A stretch of 64,000 nucleotides of DNA from Cirrosporium novae-zelandiae (Eukaryota), in NCBI GenBank assembly GCA_026023565.1, contig JAPETS010000050.1, forward strand, positions 1 to 64,000, read 5' to 3'. Shown here in pieces: positions 25,241 to 37,519 of this stretch. Each line of letters starts with the position of its first letter. Position 1 is the first letter of the stretch. Under the pieces are notes generated by a model. It saw only the letters and a list, made by a program, of their open reading frames with translations. It made no database searches and was not told the origin of the DNA. A program made the position numbers and the translations under genes.

Positions 25241-26977
25241 TATGAACTCTATGGTTCGGCTGTAGAAGCGTATTACATATGCTAATTTTCATTTCTCTAC
25301 AGCATGATACAATGGCAGCTCAAATGATTGGAAAGAGTATTGCTTCCAGGATTGGCGACCGGATATGCAGAGATCGAGTCAGTGGGCCTTGATGGCTTAT
25401 CATGAAGACAGACGATGTGTAGATAGCATAAACGACAAGGACTGAATAAATACGACTGTGGGGAAGTTTGTAGATTCATAAATACAAATTCCATAAAATT
25501 CGAAGCTTCCTGACGTAAGAATTACGGTACTAAAATAATAAATTTCTACAAGAATATCCTGTGTTATGTATATGAAGACAGAATAATAAATTGTAAAATA
25601 ATAGATAATATGTATGGAAATTTTTGAAAAGGCTGAAGGTGATGGAGGTGCAGTCAAGGCTTTGAAATATATGTTGGTTAGCAAAGCATTTATTCCGGCT
25701 GTCATGGTCGAGTTGGGGAAGATTGCCTTTTCCCAGAACCCTGTTCCATTACATCCCAACGCGGGCTTGGTGCCCAGTTCGAATTTGGTGGGAGCCTTCA
25801 ACTCGTGTGGGCAACCCACGATTGCTTGGGAGACTTTAAGCTTGAAGATAACCCTTCAGGGAAGCAATTCCGCAGAGACATCTTCACCATCAGATGGCGG
25901 TACTGGATTACATCGGCTTGTGGTACGGAACAGTGGAGTTGGTTTGGTAGTCAACCTTTTTTTTATTTTTATTTTTTTTTTTGTTTGATATTATTTTCAA
26001 CACACCGCTATAGAAAATATAAACTACAAGTCTTTATTTTTGGTCTAGTGACCTTTTGCGATGATAACAACAGCGACGGCAACAGCAACAATGATAATAA
26101 TAATAATAGACTAGCACGTCAGTTTTATACCTGTTGAGTTTCATGATCTAATTACATTATTATTATTATTCTAGTCTAGTTGTTCCAAAATCATCCAACC
26201 AAGAGGTGGATGCTGCAAGGCACCCACAGCCGCCAAGTGTCTTGGTGATTGAGTGTAAGCCAGTCAATCATAAGCAAATTCTCACTACTCCGAGTATTAC
26301 GCGGAAAAATTAGGAAGTGCATCAGAATTAGGTATGTGCAAACATGGAATATCCTCACTGTCAACGAAAGCGGACAACGGTTTGATTGAGAAAGTGACCT
26401 CAGTATGGAGAATTGTTATCTGTCGAAGGTACCAATGAGGGGGCACGTGGTCGGCTCAAGCTTTCTGGATGACACGATAAAGTGTTCCGTTCGTCCATTA
26501 CGGTGATTAATAGCAGATGTTAGTGATGTTAGTTTTGTTGATTATTGCCCGAGCTTTGCCTCTCAACGGCTCAAGGGCATAGCTGTACAACTGTGCATAG
26601 TAGCAAAACACCGAAGGAGAAGGGGACCAGGTCTACTCAGTAAGAGTTGAGTGGAGTTTATCATCCGATCAAGCGAAAGCTCTGGATGCTGGGTGCTGGG
26701 CAATAGCCCTTTTAGCCCTTTCGGATGTAAAGTCTCCTTTCATCCAGCTTTTTTCTAGGCACGCGCTTACGGGGTTTAGGAAGTGGATTTGCAGTGAATT
26801 TGCAATCGACTTGGAGAGTGTCTTGGCATTAAGCTTTCTAATTTGGTGGGGTTGACTTTTATCTAAGTTGCGGATCTTGGGAGGGGAGGGGGGGATGCCT
26901 ACTGGTACGGACTGAGCAAAGGATCTTTGTTACAGGGAAGATTAGAAGATTAAAAGATTAGACACCAAAGAGCCCTT

Positions 26978-27019
26978 CAAGGGTTTTTCCAAGGGTTTCC
27001 CAAGGGTTTCCCAAGGGTT
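26978..27019. repeat. Four tandem copies of CAAGGGTT(TCC), about 1 kb upstream of aldA
   Basis: caagggtttttc caagggtttcc caagggtttcc caagggtt. Confidence 0.85.
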
Positions 27020-28027
27020 AAAGGAGGCTGAGGGGGGTGTCCACCATCACCACCTATCATTGCCAACCTGGGTTTGCCGTCGTGGCGACCAAAGGTGGAG
27101 CTCAACAACTTATATCTGGAACAATTGGGAATTTGGGTAGCTCAGCCGCCCTTGTTGCACAGCAGTTTTACACAATACAACAAAACATTTTCGGCATCTT
27201 GCTTATTAGGGAATGCCGAAAGGGGACTATGGCTCCTTTGAGGGCGGTGGATCGGGTATCAATTCATAATAGTTTTTTTCTTTTTTCTTTTTTCTTTTTT
27301 TTTTTCTTGCACAACAATGGGGGGTTATGTTGATAATGGTTAATGGTTGTACGGAAGATACGGGAGGACAATGGCTGGCTTCTAGATTGAAAAATCTGGG
27401 GGATGGCGTAGAGGGGTACAGAAACGGCCAGACGGTTACCCCTCATTTTCTCTAAATCTACACCAAGCACCAAAGCACAACTTGTCTGTTACAGACTTAC
27501 AGTTATCGCTGAGTAAATAATAATCACTAATCTTACTTGGCCTCGTCGGATAGACTTCAGTTCCATTGTCCGATGAAAAACCAGGGAAGCCAAAGAATCT
27601 TCAATGGCGACTTATCAAACTCAACCATGGGCGGGACGAGCTGTGATTGCTTGTAGTTTGCTTGAGTAGATAGTTTAGATAGGCTTGGTGATGCATGGTG
27701 GAGTAAATCAAAGTTACAAAGAGGCCAAGACCAGGTAAGCCGCCATTGGAGTGGATCCAGACTGCGTAGGTGTGCATTTTGCTAAACATTTTGCATTGCA
27801 TCACGGTCTGGGCGGACTTGCGGAGCCATTTTCTTTATTCAATTCCTCCTCACTAAATTGCTTCACTAATTACTTTAGTTGAAATCAATTCCTGTCCCAT
27901 TCGCAGTACAAATTGATCCCTTCTCCCACCGATCCCTCCTTTTCTCTTTTCTTTCACATTCATCACAAACCTCTCATCTCCTCTCCATCGAAGCTTATTT
28001 ACTACTCTCCACTCCAAATCAATCATC

Positions 28028-29997
28028 ATGTCTCTCTCAGTAAAGATCAAGACCGCCCAGTGCGAGTATGAACAACCAACTGGACTGTAAGTTAATCAAT
28101 CTATCAGATTTCCATCTCACTCTTATCATTACTGTTCCTGTTCCTTCTCACCACCATGATTGGGTACAATAACATGGTGAAATGTGGGGGAAAGGGAGAT
28201 TGGGGCTTAGGGATCTGGGGGGATATTCAGGGATGATGATAGCATGATGCAATGATTTCATAATCCAATTGTGGAGAAAGAACATCAGAATCAACCCCCA
28301 ACCCCAGACCCCCGGACCCCGAGGCCCCCAAATACCAAAATCAACCCCTCCCCCCCCCAGGTAGTCGCTTACCTTGTTTGCCCCCCCCATCCCCCCAAAA
28401 AACCTTGCAACTTCGGATTTCCATTAAACCGAAATATTAATAATAATCATCTGTTATTATCAAGTGTCCTGAGAAATCATTACTGACTCGGTGCCTTTTG
28501 TTCCATAGTTACATAAATGGCGAATTCATCAAGGGTATCGATGGAAAGACTTTCGAGACCATCAACCCTTCGACCGAGAAGCCCATTTGCTCGGTCCATG
28601 AGGCAACCGAGCAAGATGTTGACGTCGCTGTCAAGGCTGCTCGTGAATGCTTCGAGAATCACTGGAGGGATGCCATCCCTGAACAACGAGGAAAACTCCT
28701 TGTAAAGCTATCAGAGCTCTTTGAGCGGGATTCCGATATTCTAGCTTCCATTGAGGCTTTGGATAATGGAAAGGCTTTCAACATGGCTAAGGTCGACGTC
28801 AGCATGAGCGCTTCCTGCCTGAGATATTATGGTGGATGGGCCGACAAGGTTGAGGGCAAGGTTATCGATACCTCCCCAGACACATTTAACTACACCAAGT
28901 CAGAGCCTGTAAGTCTTATTTTGCCTAATATCTGTTTATACTCTCTAATTCTAACCCTGGACTAGATTGGTGTCTGCGGTCAAATCATTCCCTGGAACTT
29001 CCCTCTTCTCATGTGGGCATGGAAGATTGGCCCTGCCATCGCCTGCGGTAATACCGTCGTTATCAAGACTGCCGAACAAACTCCACTCTCAGGCCTCTAT
29101 GCGGCCAAGCTCGTCCAGGAAGCTGGCTTCCCACCAGGTGTCATCAACGTCATCACTGGTTTCGGCCGAACTGCCGGTGCCGCCATCGCTAAGCACATGG
29201 ACATCGACAAGGTTGCCTTCACTGGTTCTACCCCTGTCGGTCGTCAAATCATGAAGGATGCTGCCTCCTCCAACCTCAAGAAGGTCACCCTCGAACTCGG
29301 TGGCAAGAGCCCTAACATTGTGTTCGATGATGCAGACATCGACAACGCCATCTCATGGGTGAACTTTGGTATTTTCTTCAACCACGGTCAATGCTGCTGT
29401 GCTGGCTCGCGTATCTACGTCCAAGAAGGTATCTACGACAAATTCCTCGCTCGCTTCAAGGAACGTGCCCACAAGAATGTCGTCGGTGACCCCTTCGGCA
29501 AGGACACCTTCCAAGGCCCCCAGGTCTCTAAGCTCCAATTTGACCGTATTATGGGATACATTGAACACGGAAAGCAAGAAGGTGCCAAGGTTGAGGTCGG
29601 TGGTCAGCGTGTCGGCGACACCGGCTACTTCATTCAACCCACCATCTTCAGCGGTGTCAACGAGAACATGAAGATCATGAAGGAAGAAATCTTCGGCCCT
29701 GTCAGCTCGATTGCCAAGTTCTCCACTGAGGAGGAGGTCATCAAGCTTGGAAATGGCACCAACTATGGTCTCGCCGCTGGCGTTCACACATCCAACCTTT
29801 CCCGTGCACTAAGAGTAAGCAGCGCCTTAAAGGCTGGCACAGTCTGGGTCAACACCTACAACACTCTCCACCATCAGCTACCATTCGGTGGCTTCAAGGA
29901 GTCCGGTATTGGACGAGAATTGGGAGAGGCTGCACTGTCCAACTACTGCCAGACAAAGACGGTATCCATTCGGTTGGGAGATGCTCTCTTCGGTTAG
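28028..29997 (+). CDS. aldA: Aldehyde dehydrogenase (AldA/Ald5-type)
   Basis: [46 protein letters not shown] and EEIFGP motifs; introns 28087-28508 and 28909-28965; strong C-ending codon bias. Confidence 0.96.
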
Positions 29998-30724
29998 AGA
30001 AAGCAAAGGATCAAAATGGAATCATGACTTGTCTATACGATATGCTGGGAATTGTTTCTTTTCTGCCTGTTGGCCTGTGAATAGTAGCTTAAACGCCGGA
30101 ACGATAATTTGATAGGTATCAATGATGGAATCAATAAATATATTCAACAACTTTCTATGAGATTTGATCCATGTTTGTAAGAGTGTGATTGTAGATGAAT
30201 AGTGAGACGATAGTATATGGTTAGGTCGAAATTCGAACTCAGTCAGCCAGTCTATTAGCGGCTAACCATTTACTGATGAGAGGTATTTAGTTTCTCACTG
30301 ACCCACTTTGTCATGTGATACACAACAGCTGGCTTTCCACGTCGGACTCAGTAAACGATCAATTACCACTTTAAGGATTGTTATTGAAGGATTTATGAAA
30401 ATTATGTGAAAGGATTTTGGTTATAAATCAGGGGTAGTTTAGTTATTTGGACGGGGAGTTTTGGAATGGATTTAGCGTTCATAACTGCGCTTAGTTGCGT
30501 TTAACCGCATTTAACTGCGACTTAACTGGACTACCAGCCACTGCATCATTAGCCGGCCTCTTCCGTCCTGACCTTAAAGACTCTTTGCAACCCAATTTCA
30601 ATTCTCACCACCAAGATCTACCTCAATACCAATCCAACTGTTACCTATCGCACCATCGAAGCCATCAAATACAGTCTCGTACGCATCAAGGCTGTAACCT
30701 GCTTCTGTGCAGTAACCGCCCAAA

Positions 30725-32024
30725 ATGGGTCTCTCAGCTCGATATTTTCGCCTACCTAGGCCAAAGGTATCTTTACCTCTATCCATAATCCTGCTCATTT
30801 TAGCCATCATCTACAATAGCTAAAGAATGGAATACTAACGTTGATAAAAATCCATAGAACTTCCTTTACCTAATGTCGCTCCGTACCGGCACCGAACTCA
30901 TCACGTTGACCCTGTTCCTCAACAAAGTGTCGGGATTTTATGGTCTCCTAGCTCTCCTAACAGGCTACCATCTCTCCATGACCCAACTCTCCATGTACAT
31001 TTATTCCCTCGGTGCCCTGGTCCTCGCATTCATACTGGCACCTCATATCCGGAAAGCCTCTCTCCTTCCAAACCTCGTACTCGCTCACTTCTACACTCTC
31101 GACACCCTGATTAACGCTTCTTACACCATCGTTTTTGCAACAACGTGGTTCTTAGTTCTCGCCAACCCCTCAAATCCAACGGGTCCTGGAGCCTCAACCA
31201 TAGATGCCACCTCGGGGTTCACCTCCCCCGCAAACAATTTCACCCATGTCTCCGTCACCGCATCCCCTGCTGATGGGACTACTGGTAGTCAAGATGCCGT
31301 TGCTGTCGGCATTACAGCCAACTCTTCTCCTTCACTTGTCGCCGGCGGTCCCCCAGCCGAAGTTGTTCTCCATCCGGAATCTCTCTCTTCGGTCCTCATA
31401 ATCACATCTCTCAGTCTTGTCCGCGTCTATTTCTGCCTCGTCGTACTCGCCTACGCACGCTCTGTCCTCCGCACACACATTTCCCTCTCAGCCATCCGTA
31501 ACTATGGCTACAACCACACATACACCTCCCCCTTCAGTGGCGTCAGCACCACCACATCTGTGGGCGGGACTCCCATAGCCGCATCTACTGATGCTCAACT
31601 GAACCCCTTCATCGTGGACCCAGAATATAGTTTCGGTTGGGGTGGCGCCCTGGGCCGCTTCCTTATCTCTCTCGCACCCTCATACTGGCTCGGTGCGGAA
31701 GACGAAGCCGATGATATAAACCCCGACCAATCACTCGGATGGATGAAATTCGCGAGCGTGTCGAGGAGAGGACGGAATAACGGTGGATTCAGGAGCCTGG
31801 TACCCAGCGTAGGAAGTGCCTGGGAGATGGGATTCGGGGGACGACCGAGCGGAGAGGAAGGCGGTGTAAAGGAAAGGGAACGACGAAGGAGGAGCGGCAC
31901 AGGACCACCAGGTCTGCCTGTGGGATTGAAGGACGTTGTGGTCGCGGAGCCCGTCCGAACAAGCATTAGCATTGCTCCCAGCAGAAGTGCTAGTAGAAAT
32001 GGAGACGAATCCGAGAGGGTGTGA
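30725..32024 (+). CDS. KEI1: Inositol-phosphorylceramide synthase regulatory subunit Kei1
   Basis: PRPK|NFLYLMSLRTGTELITLTLFLNKVSGFYGLLALLTG, several TM segments and ERERRRRSGTGPP tail; intron 30767-30857. Confidence 0.85.
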
Positions 32025-32536
32025 GGCACCTACCTACCTAACCTACCTATCTGGCTCGCTGATCTACCTGATGTGAAATCGATAATGAGAACGGGCTATT
32101 GTTGTTATTAATACTGTTGCTGTCGTTACACCAAGGAAGTAATAAATCCACACGCACGGCGGGGGAAACGATAAAAAGAAAGCTCTCATTCAGAAATTCA
32201 GGATTTTTGTCATGTGGAATAAATAATGTCATGTCTTTTCTACGACCAAAAACAGGGACTATGAAAGTGAAGGATGAGGAATTGAATGAGGATGAGGACG
32301 AGAAGGAATTTGCATTGCATTGCATTGGGTTGGTTGGATTTGAATATCGGTCCCCCTCCCCCCGTTCGTTCGTGTGTTTATTCCATGGATTAATGGATAG
32401 ACTGAACATAGATGTTAATTTAGTACAACATTATGCTACGCGTTGGATATTCGTTCATTTGATGCATGCATGCATGTTTGCTTTTTTTTTTGAGGGGGTT
32501 TATGGGTAATGATGCCCTCTGGGTTTATTATGGGCT

Positions 32537-32538
<2 letters not shown>

Positions 32539-32565
<27 letters not shown>
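32539..32565. repeat. (ATTG)n microsatellite
   Basis: About 6-7 tandem attg units in AT-rich intergenic DNA. Confidence 0.85.
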
Positions 32566-32567
<2 letters not shown>

Positions 32568-33264
32568 GGGGTTATGGCGTTTATTGGATTTGGTTTTTGG
32601 TTTTGGGGGTTGAAAAAGGGGAGATAGGGATAGTTTATACAATAAGTATTGGGTTATTGGTATATATATCATTTATTATCATTATTATTATTTATTATGT
32701 TGTATTGTGTGTATCGTGTATTGTGTAGCTGGTACGACCTTTCTATTAATTCGTCCATCCATTTATTCGAGAGAGAAAAAAGAGATGGTAGAACCAAAAC
32801 TAGTCTATTCAGCTTGAATCGGTCTTGATTTTGTTTAGAAAATATATTCCCTGTTCTTATCAATATTGAAATACTCAGGGGATAAGTATGTTTGTATGAA
32901 TGGCTGAATGGCTGAATGGATGGATGGATGTATATACGTGCGTAAAAAAATAAAAGAGCGAGAGTGAACACAAGCAGTGCCAAAATCTAAGTATTTTATA
33001 AAAAATATTTTCCGAGTAATTAATCTACCCATCAGTCAAAAAACATTACAGCCGATTTTTTTTCAACATACAACTCTTTTTTTGTCATGTCAAACCCAAA
33101 TTTCATGGGCCCCTTCCTCGAAAAGTCTTGACCGTAGCTTTTTTTCTTTTTCTTCTTCTAGAGATTCTTAAGTCTAAAAATGTGACTAAAGCTGTAGGTC
33201 TAATATCGAGTAGTTGAGCTTCAAAGTATCATCTGGGGTCACTGACCGTGGTACTTATACCTAA

Positions 33265-35365
33265 CTATGCTCGGCTCAATTTCTCGCCTTCCTCGGCCTT
33301 CTGCAAGCCATACTTCTTCAGCCTGTTGATGGGTCAATCAATTAGCTACGTGTTCATCGGAGGATAAAACAACACATCGAGTGAATGAGAGAGAATATAC
33401 CTAATGGATTGAATTCCAATGAAGCCTGTGGTATCCACAGGGCTAAAGTTGTCAAGCGAGTCCATGGAAGCCTCCTCAGCCGAGTACAGCTTCTCAGTGC
33501 TGCTAGACCGGCCCAGAACGTAGGCATTGCCCTTGTAGCAGCGCAACTTGACCTCCCCGTTAACGCGCTTTTGGCTGAAGAGGAGCGAGTTCTCAATGAA
33601 CTCGCGCTCGGGCGAAAAGTACATGCCGTTGTAGAGGTAGATGGACCAGTTGTGGGTTACGAATTGGTCCCGCAGACTGCGGACCTGGGCGTCTAGGACG
33701 AGGCCTTTTGAGAAGAGCGGTCAGTTTTTATATGCTTCGTGATAAAAGGATGATGATGAGCTAGAGACGGAACGCTTACCTTCAAGATCGAGATGCGCAA
33801 GACGGAGGATAGTCATTGCGGGAGCTAGAAGTAAATAGTTAGCTTCAGTGCACGGCTTCTTGGAAGTATTAAAAGCGAGAGTTGAACCACAGCTTAGCGA
33901 AAACGATTTGGCTCGTCTCGATCGCATTAGTCGACGTCCTCCCCACAAATGCTCTCTGACATCCCACCTTATCATCTGCTCTAGGCCAACAAAGGGTATA
34001 AAAAAGGGCAAACTTGCAATCATAGCAGCCACGGCTCTTGAGTCCAATGTATCTATTCTCGACAATGTCAATTCTACCAATACCATGTATGTAGCCAATC
34101 TCATTGAGCTTTCGGAATAGTTCAACAGAGTCTTTGAGTTCTCCATCTGGGGTGACAAGCTTGACGGGTATGCCCTTCTCGAAGTGCAATGTGATCTCGG
34201 TGGGCTCATTGGGTGCAGTTAGGGGGTCAGCCGTCATCAGCCACATGTCAGAAGGAGGCGTGTGGTTAGGATCTTCCAAAATACCTGTCAAATATCTGTT
34301 AGCAATTAATCAAGCTGAAAGAAGAAGACAATTGAGAGCTTTGCTTAAGCAACTTACCGGCCTCGTAGCTAGTATGGGCGAAGTTGGCATCAATGAGGAG
34401 GTTAGCCTTTAGTCAAAACCATCTGTGTTAGGAGATAGTACGAACCCATAGACCAGGGTTTACTCTATTTCGTATTAGCATAAATTTCTGGCTCCACAGC
34501 AGCATCATATTTACCTTTGTGGAAGTCACTGGAATATTCATCTTCGCAGCGTATTCGAGAAGATCATTACGGCCAGCGAAGCGCGTGAAGAATTTTGGAT
34601 CGCGCCATGGAGCGATAATTTTGATTGTTGGCTGTGATACGATGCTTAGCACTGCTTGGAAACATTTACCTCTGCATCCAGCGTACCTGAATAGTATAAA
34701 ATGCCAATTCAAACCTATCAATTGATCAGCTAAACCTACCACCTCACTTCCGACAACATAGTTCAAACCTGACTTGGTCGTTTCCCTTGCCTACGCCTGG
34801 TCAGTAATGTGTAGATCGGCTAGACAGGTCAACTTACCTGTGCAGCCGTGACTGACATAGTCACATCCCTCTTGTTGAGCAGCACGCATCTGGGCCCTTG
34901 CGATGACCGGACGAGCCAAACTTGTTCCTATGTTGTGTTAGTCACTATAGTCGCATCCGCCCAACCCGGACAAAAGCAGACAGGCCGCACCTAGAAGATA
35001 TCGTCCCTCGTAAATGGCATTGCATTGAATTGCTCTGAAGCACAGCTCTTCTACAAACTCCCGTCGAAGATCTTCAATTATCATCTTCTTAGCGCCAATC
35101 TTGAGTGCTTTCTGCTCGACAGCAGCCCAGTCTTCCTCTTGTCCAACATTTGCTAGGAAGCAAACTACTTCATAGCCCTCCTCTTTGATCGAGCATTAGC
35201 TAGAGGATATCAAAGGTAGGATAGATTGTATACCCAGGAGCCAGCGTAAAATACAGCTAGTGTCGAGGCCACCTGTATAAAAGTCATTGTTAGTCATAGA
35301 TTATTATATGCACATGGTTAGTGAAGTATACCTGAATAGGCTAAGCAAACTCTTCCTTTCCCCAT
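33265..35365 (-). CDS. ARG1: Argininosuccinate synthase, 13 exons
   Basis: Spliced product reads [76 protein letters not shown] and YFSPEREF. Confidence 0.96.
33825..34017 (-). other. ARG1 intron 10, GC-AG type (193 nt)
   Basis: TAT GAT T|gcaagt...gctaactatttacttctag|CT CCC GCA restores GCYDSPAM. Confidence 0.85.
34391..34445 (-). other. ARG1 intron 8 with apparent non-canonical GT-TG boundaries (55 nt)
   Basis: TCT ATG G|gttcgt...ggctaacctcctcattg|AT GCC AAC; only this junction restores the conserved WSMD.N..H.SYE motif. Confidence 0.7.
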
Positions 35366-35504
35366 GTTTAGAGATTATAGTATTTGATAAGGTCTAGAGA
35401 AATTAAAAGTCACCACTTTAGTAAGTAGGTAGTTTATGCAGAACAATTGAATTTACTTCTTTACAGTCAAAGGAGAAGAATATAAAGCAGAAGGGAGAAA
35501 TGTG

Positions 35505-35510
35505 TGACTC
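35505..35510. promoter_or_regulatory. Gcn4/CpcA-like element TGACTC upstream of ARG1
   Basis: TGACTC 140 nt upstream of the ATG; arginine genes are classic cross-pathway-control targets. Confidence 0.55.
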
Positions 35511-37519
35511 GCTTAGGCCGAGGGGCATCCGAGGGGCACCCGGAGCTAAACCATTTTGTTGGGGGTGATAAGGAAGATCCATAGATATGAATACACCTTA
35601 TTACTTTAGCTGCCACTCAAAGGGCAAATGTAGCCGAACTTCAGAAGTGAAGGTAGGTTTTTCTCCTTGTTACTATGAACGCCCGAATGTATTAAATATA
35701 CACCCTCTTTCGAGCAACTGTTGTTTACTTTCTGTACCAATTACCTAGGTACTTGTTACTATGACAACGCTTTTGAGAAACGAGAATAAAGGAGTGGAAA
35801 TACAGACGGTGCTAACACTAGCGAGGAAGCTGAAGCAATTGAATGTAAAAATATAAAAAGTAGACACAAGACTAGAAAACCAAGGATAGGGACATTGTAT
35901 ATTGCCTAGACTTGCATTCATGGAGACCCCGTCGACGTAGCCTCCTCACTGCTCCAAGTATCCTATCAACAGCCCCCAAATACGTAGGAGTGGAGGATGA
36001 GGATAAATACGACACTTCCTAGGTTTCTTGATGAAAGCCGAGAGAAGCTGACTTAGGGAGTCTGATCCCTATGAACACCGCTAGTGGGGTGGGGGCATAT
36101 TTGGACATTTAGCAAGATCAGGAAGTGCACCAGCCTTTAAAGCTCTCCAGTCTTCTCCTTTCTGCATCATCAAAGCAGTCGCAGCATAGGAAATAGTATA
36201 CAGCACGTCATTTGTTGTTTTAGAATGCTCTGCCTATCATCATAATGCTTTTCAAGGTTCGAGTCAGTAAGGGCAGTTCTTGCTACAAATGGCTGTCTTT
36301 AACGGGAAGAGACACCATTGACTGACTCACATATCTTGTCTCAACATATCCAAATCATCAAATCCTTTTCAGTAAGTACCTAACTCTATGCACCATTATC
36401 ATCCAGCCTTTAGTCGCTTCATTATATCATCAAAATCATGAGCATGATGCTCCTCAATCTTGCCCAGAGCTTTCCCCGTCCTCTTCAATCTGCTGTTGCA
36501 GTACTATACTATACACACTTGCTTTCAACAGGGTGCATACTGTGGCGGTCTTCCTCTCTAGCACTCTTAGAGCATCTAGTGTTTCTGCTGCGGGCGCACC
36601 GGCCATTTCGTCGAGTTGTTTTGCTAGCTACCACACCAAAAAAGTAGTTGTCAGTCCTTTTACTGCGTCGGTAGTTTATGGAGGCGTAATTGAAATAAAT
36701 AGTGCTAAGTAATGAGAGAGACATACACGAGCCATGTTATCAGCCAATTTCGCATATTCATCTAGCAGTTCCTGCTCGAGAGGAGAAAGTTCTGGGGGAG
36801 TGACTGCCATTGTTTTTGGTTGGAGATTCGAATAAGCTATCTGTCGAGGGACAATGAAGTAGGCTAAGCAGTTCCGATGGCGTATTATAATGGTACGGTT
36901 GATGTTACGTTGGAGGTGGATTTTGAGTTAGCGGTCGTTGGAGGTTAGGCTATAATTATGTTGTTGGAGTTGAAAGGCGCATGTTCCGGTAGAGAGAATC
37001 CGCCGCTCATAGGTTACCCAAAAATAGGTAATTATAGAGTAAGCAAACCCAATCGATGTCCGAACAAACAATTTCATCCAGTTCACCAGGTATCAAGGTA
37101 CATTAGGAAGACTAAGACATCAAATTTACAATATAATAACACTATGAAGCTAAATGATAATATACCGAGCCGCTGGCAAGCCATGTCCAAAAATATCTAA
37201 CAGAGCATCAGAAGATAAAGTAGATATTGTAATTTCTGCTCAAGCCATTTCCAGCTTTTTCACATACACATTTAGAGAGATCATGGAACCCTCACGTTCA
37301 GATTTTTTGGTTTGCGAAAAATAGAAAAGGCCCATGGTGAGCACGTCGCAATCTTTCAAAGAGCGCAACCGGAAGAGAGAAGACGAAACACCCGGTACAA
37401 ATGTCTTTTGCTCCGAACACCTTGAAATATGAGGGAAGCCCTATAAACGCTCGAAGACCCATGCCATGCCATGCATTGCAGACCGTTCCATTCCATCGTA
37501 CACTCCGTTACACTACCAC

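Noticed and set aside
25400..26137. Overlapping ORFs of 110-139 aa on both strands
   Set aside because: No recognisable motifs, they run into low-complexity T/AAT tracts, and they are mutually overlapping; treated as spurious.
28355..28366. CCCCAG|GTAGTC inside aldA intron 1 as a recursive-splice or stwintron point
   Set aside because: No proper branch point precedes the AG, and GTAGTC is a poor donor.
28233..28471. Box C (ATGATGA) and CTGA in aldA intron 1 as a C/D snoRNA
   Set aside because: Spacing of about 240 nt is too long, there is no terminal stem, and I see no rRNA guide.
36257..36266. GGTTCGAGTC, a tRNA B-box-like sequence
   Set aside because: No cloverleaf, acceptor stem or A-box can be built around it.
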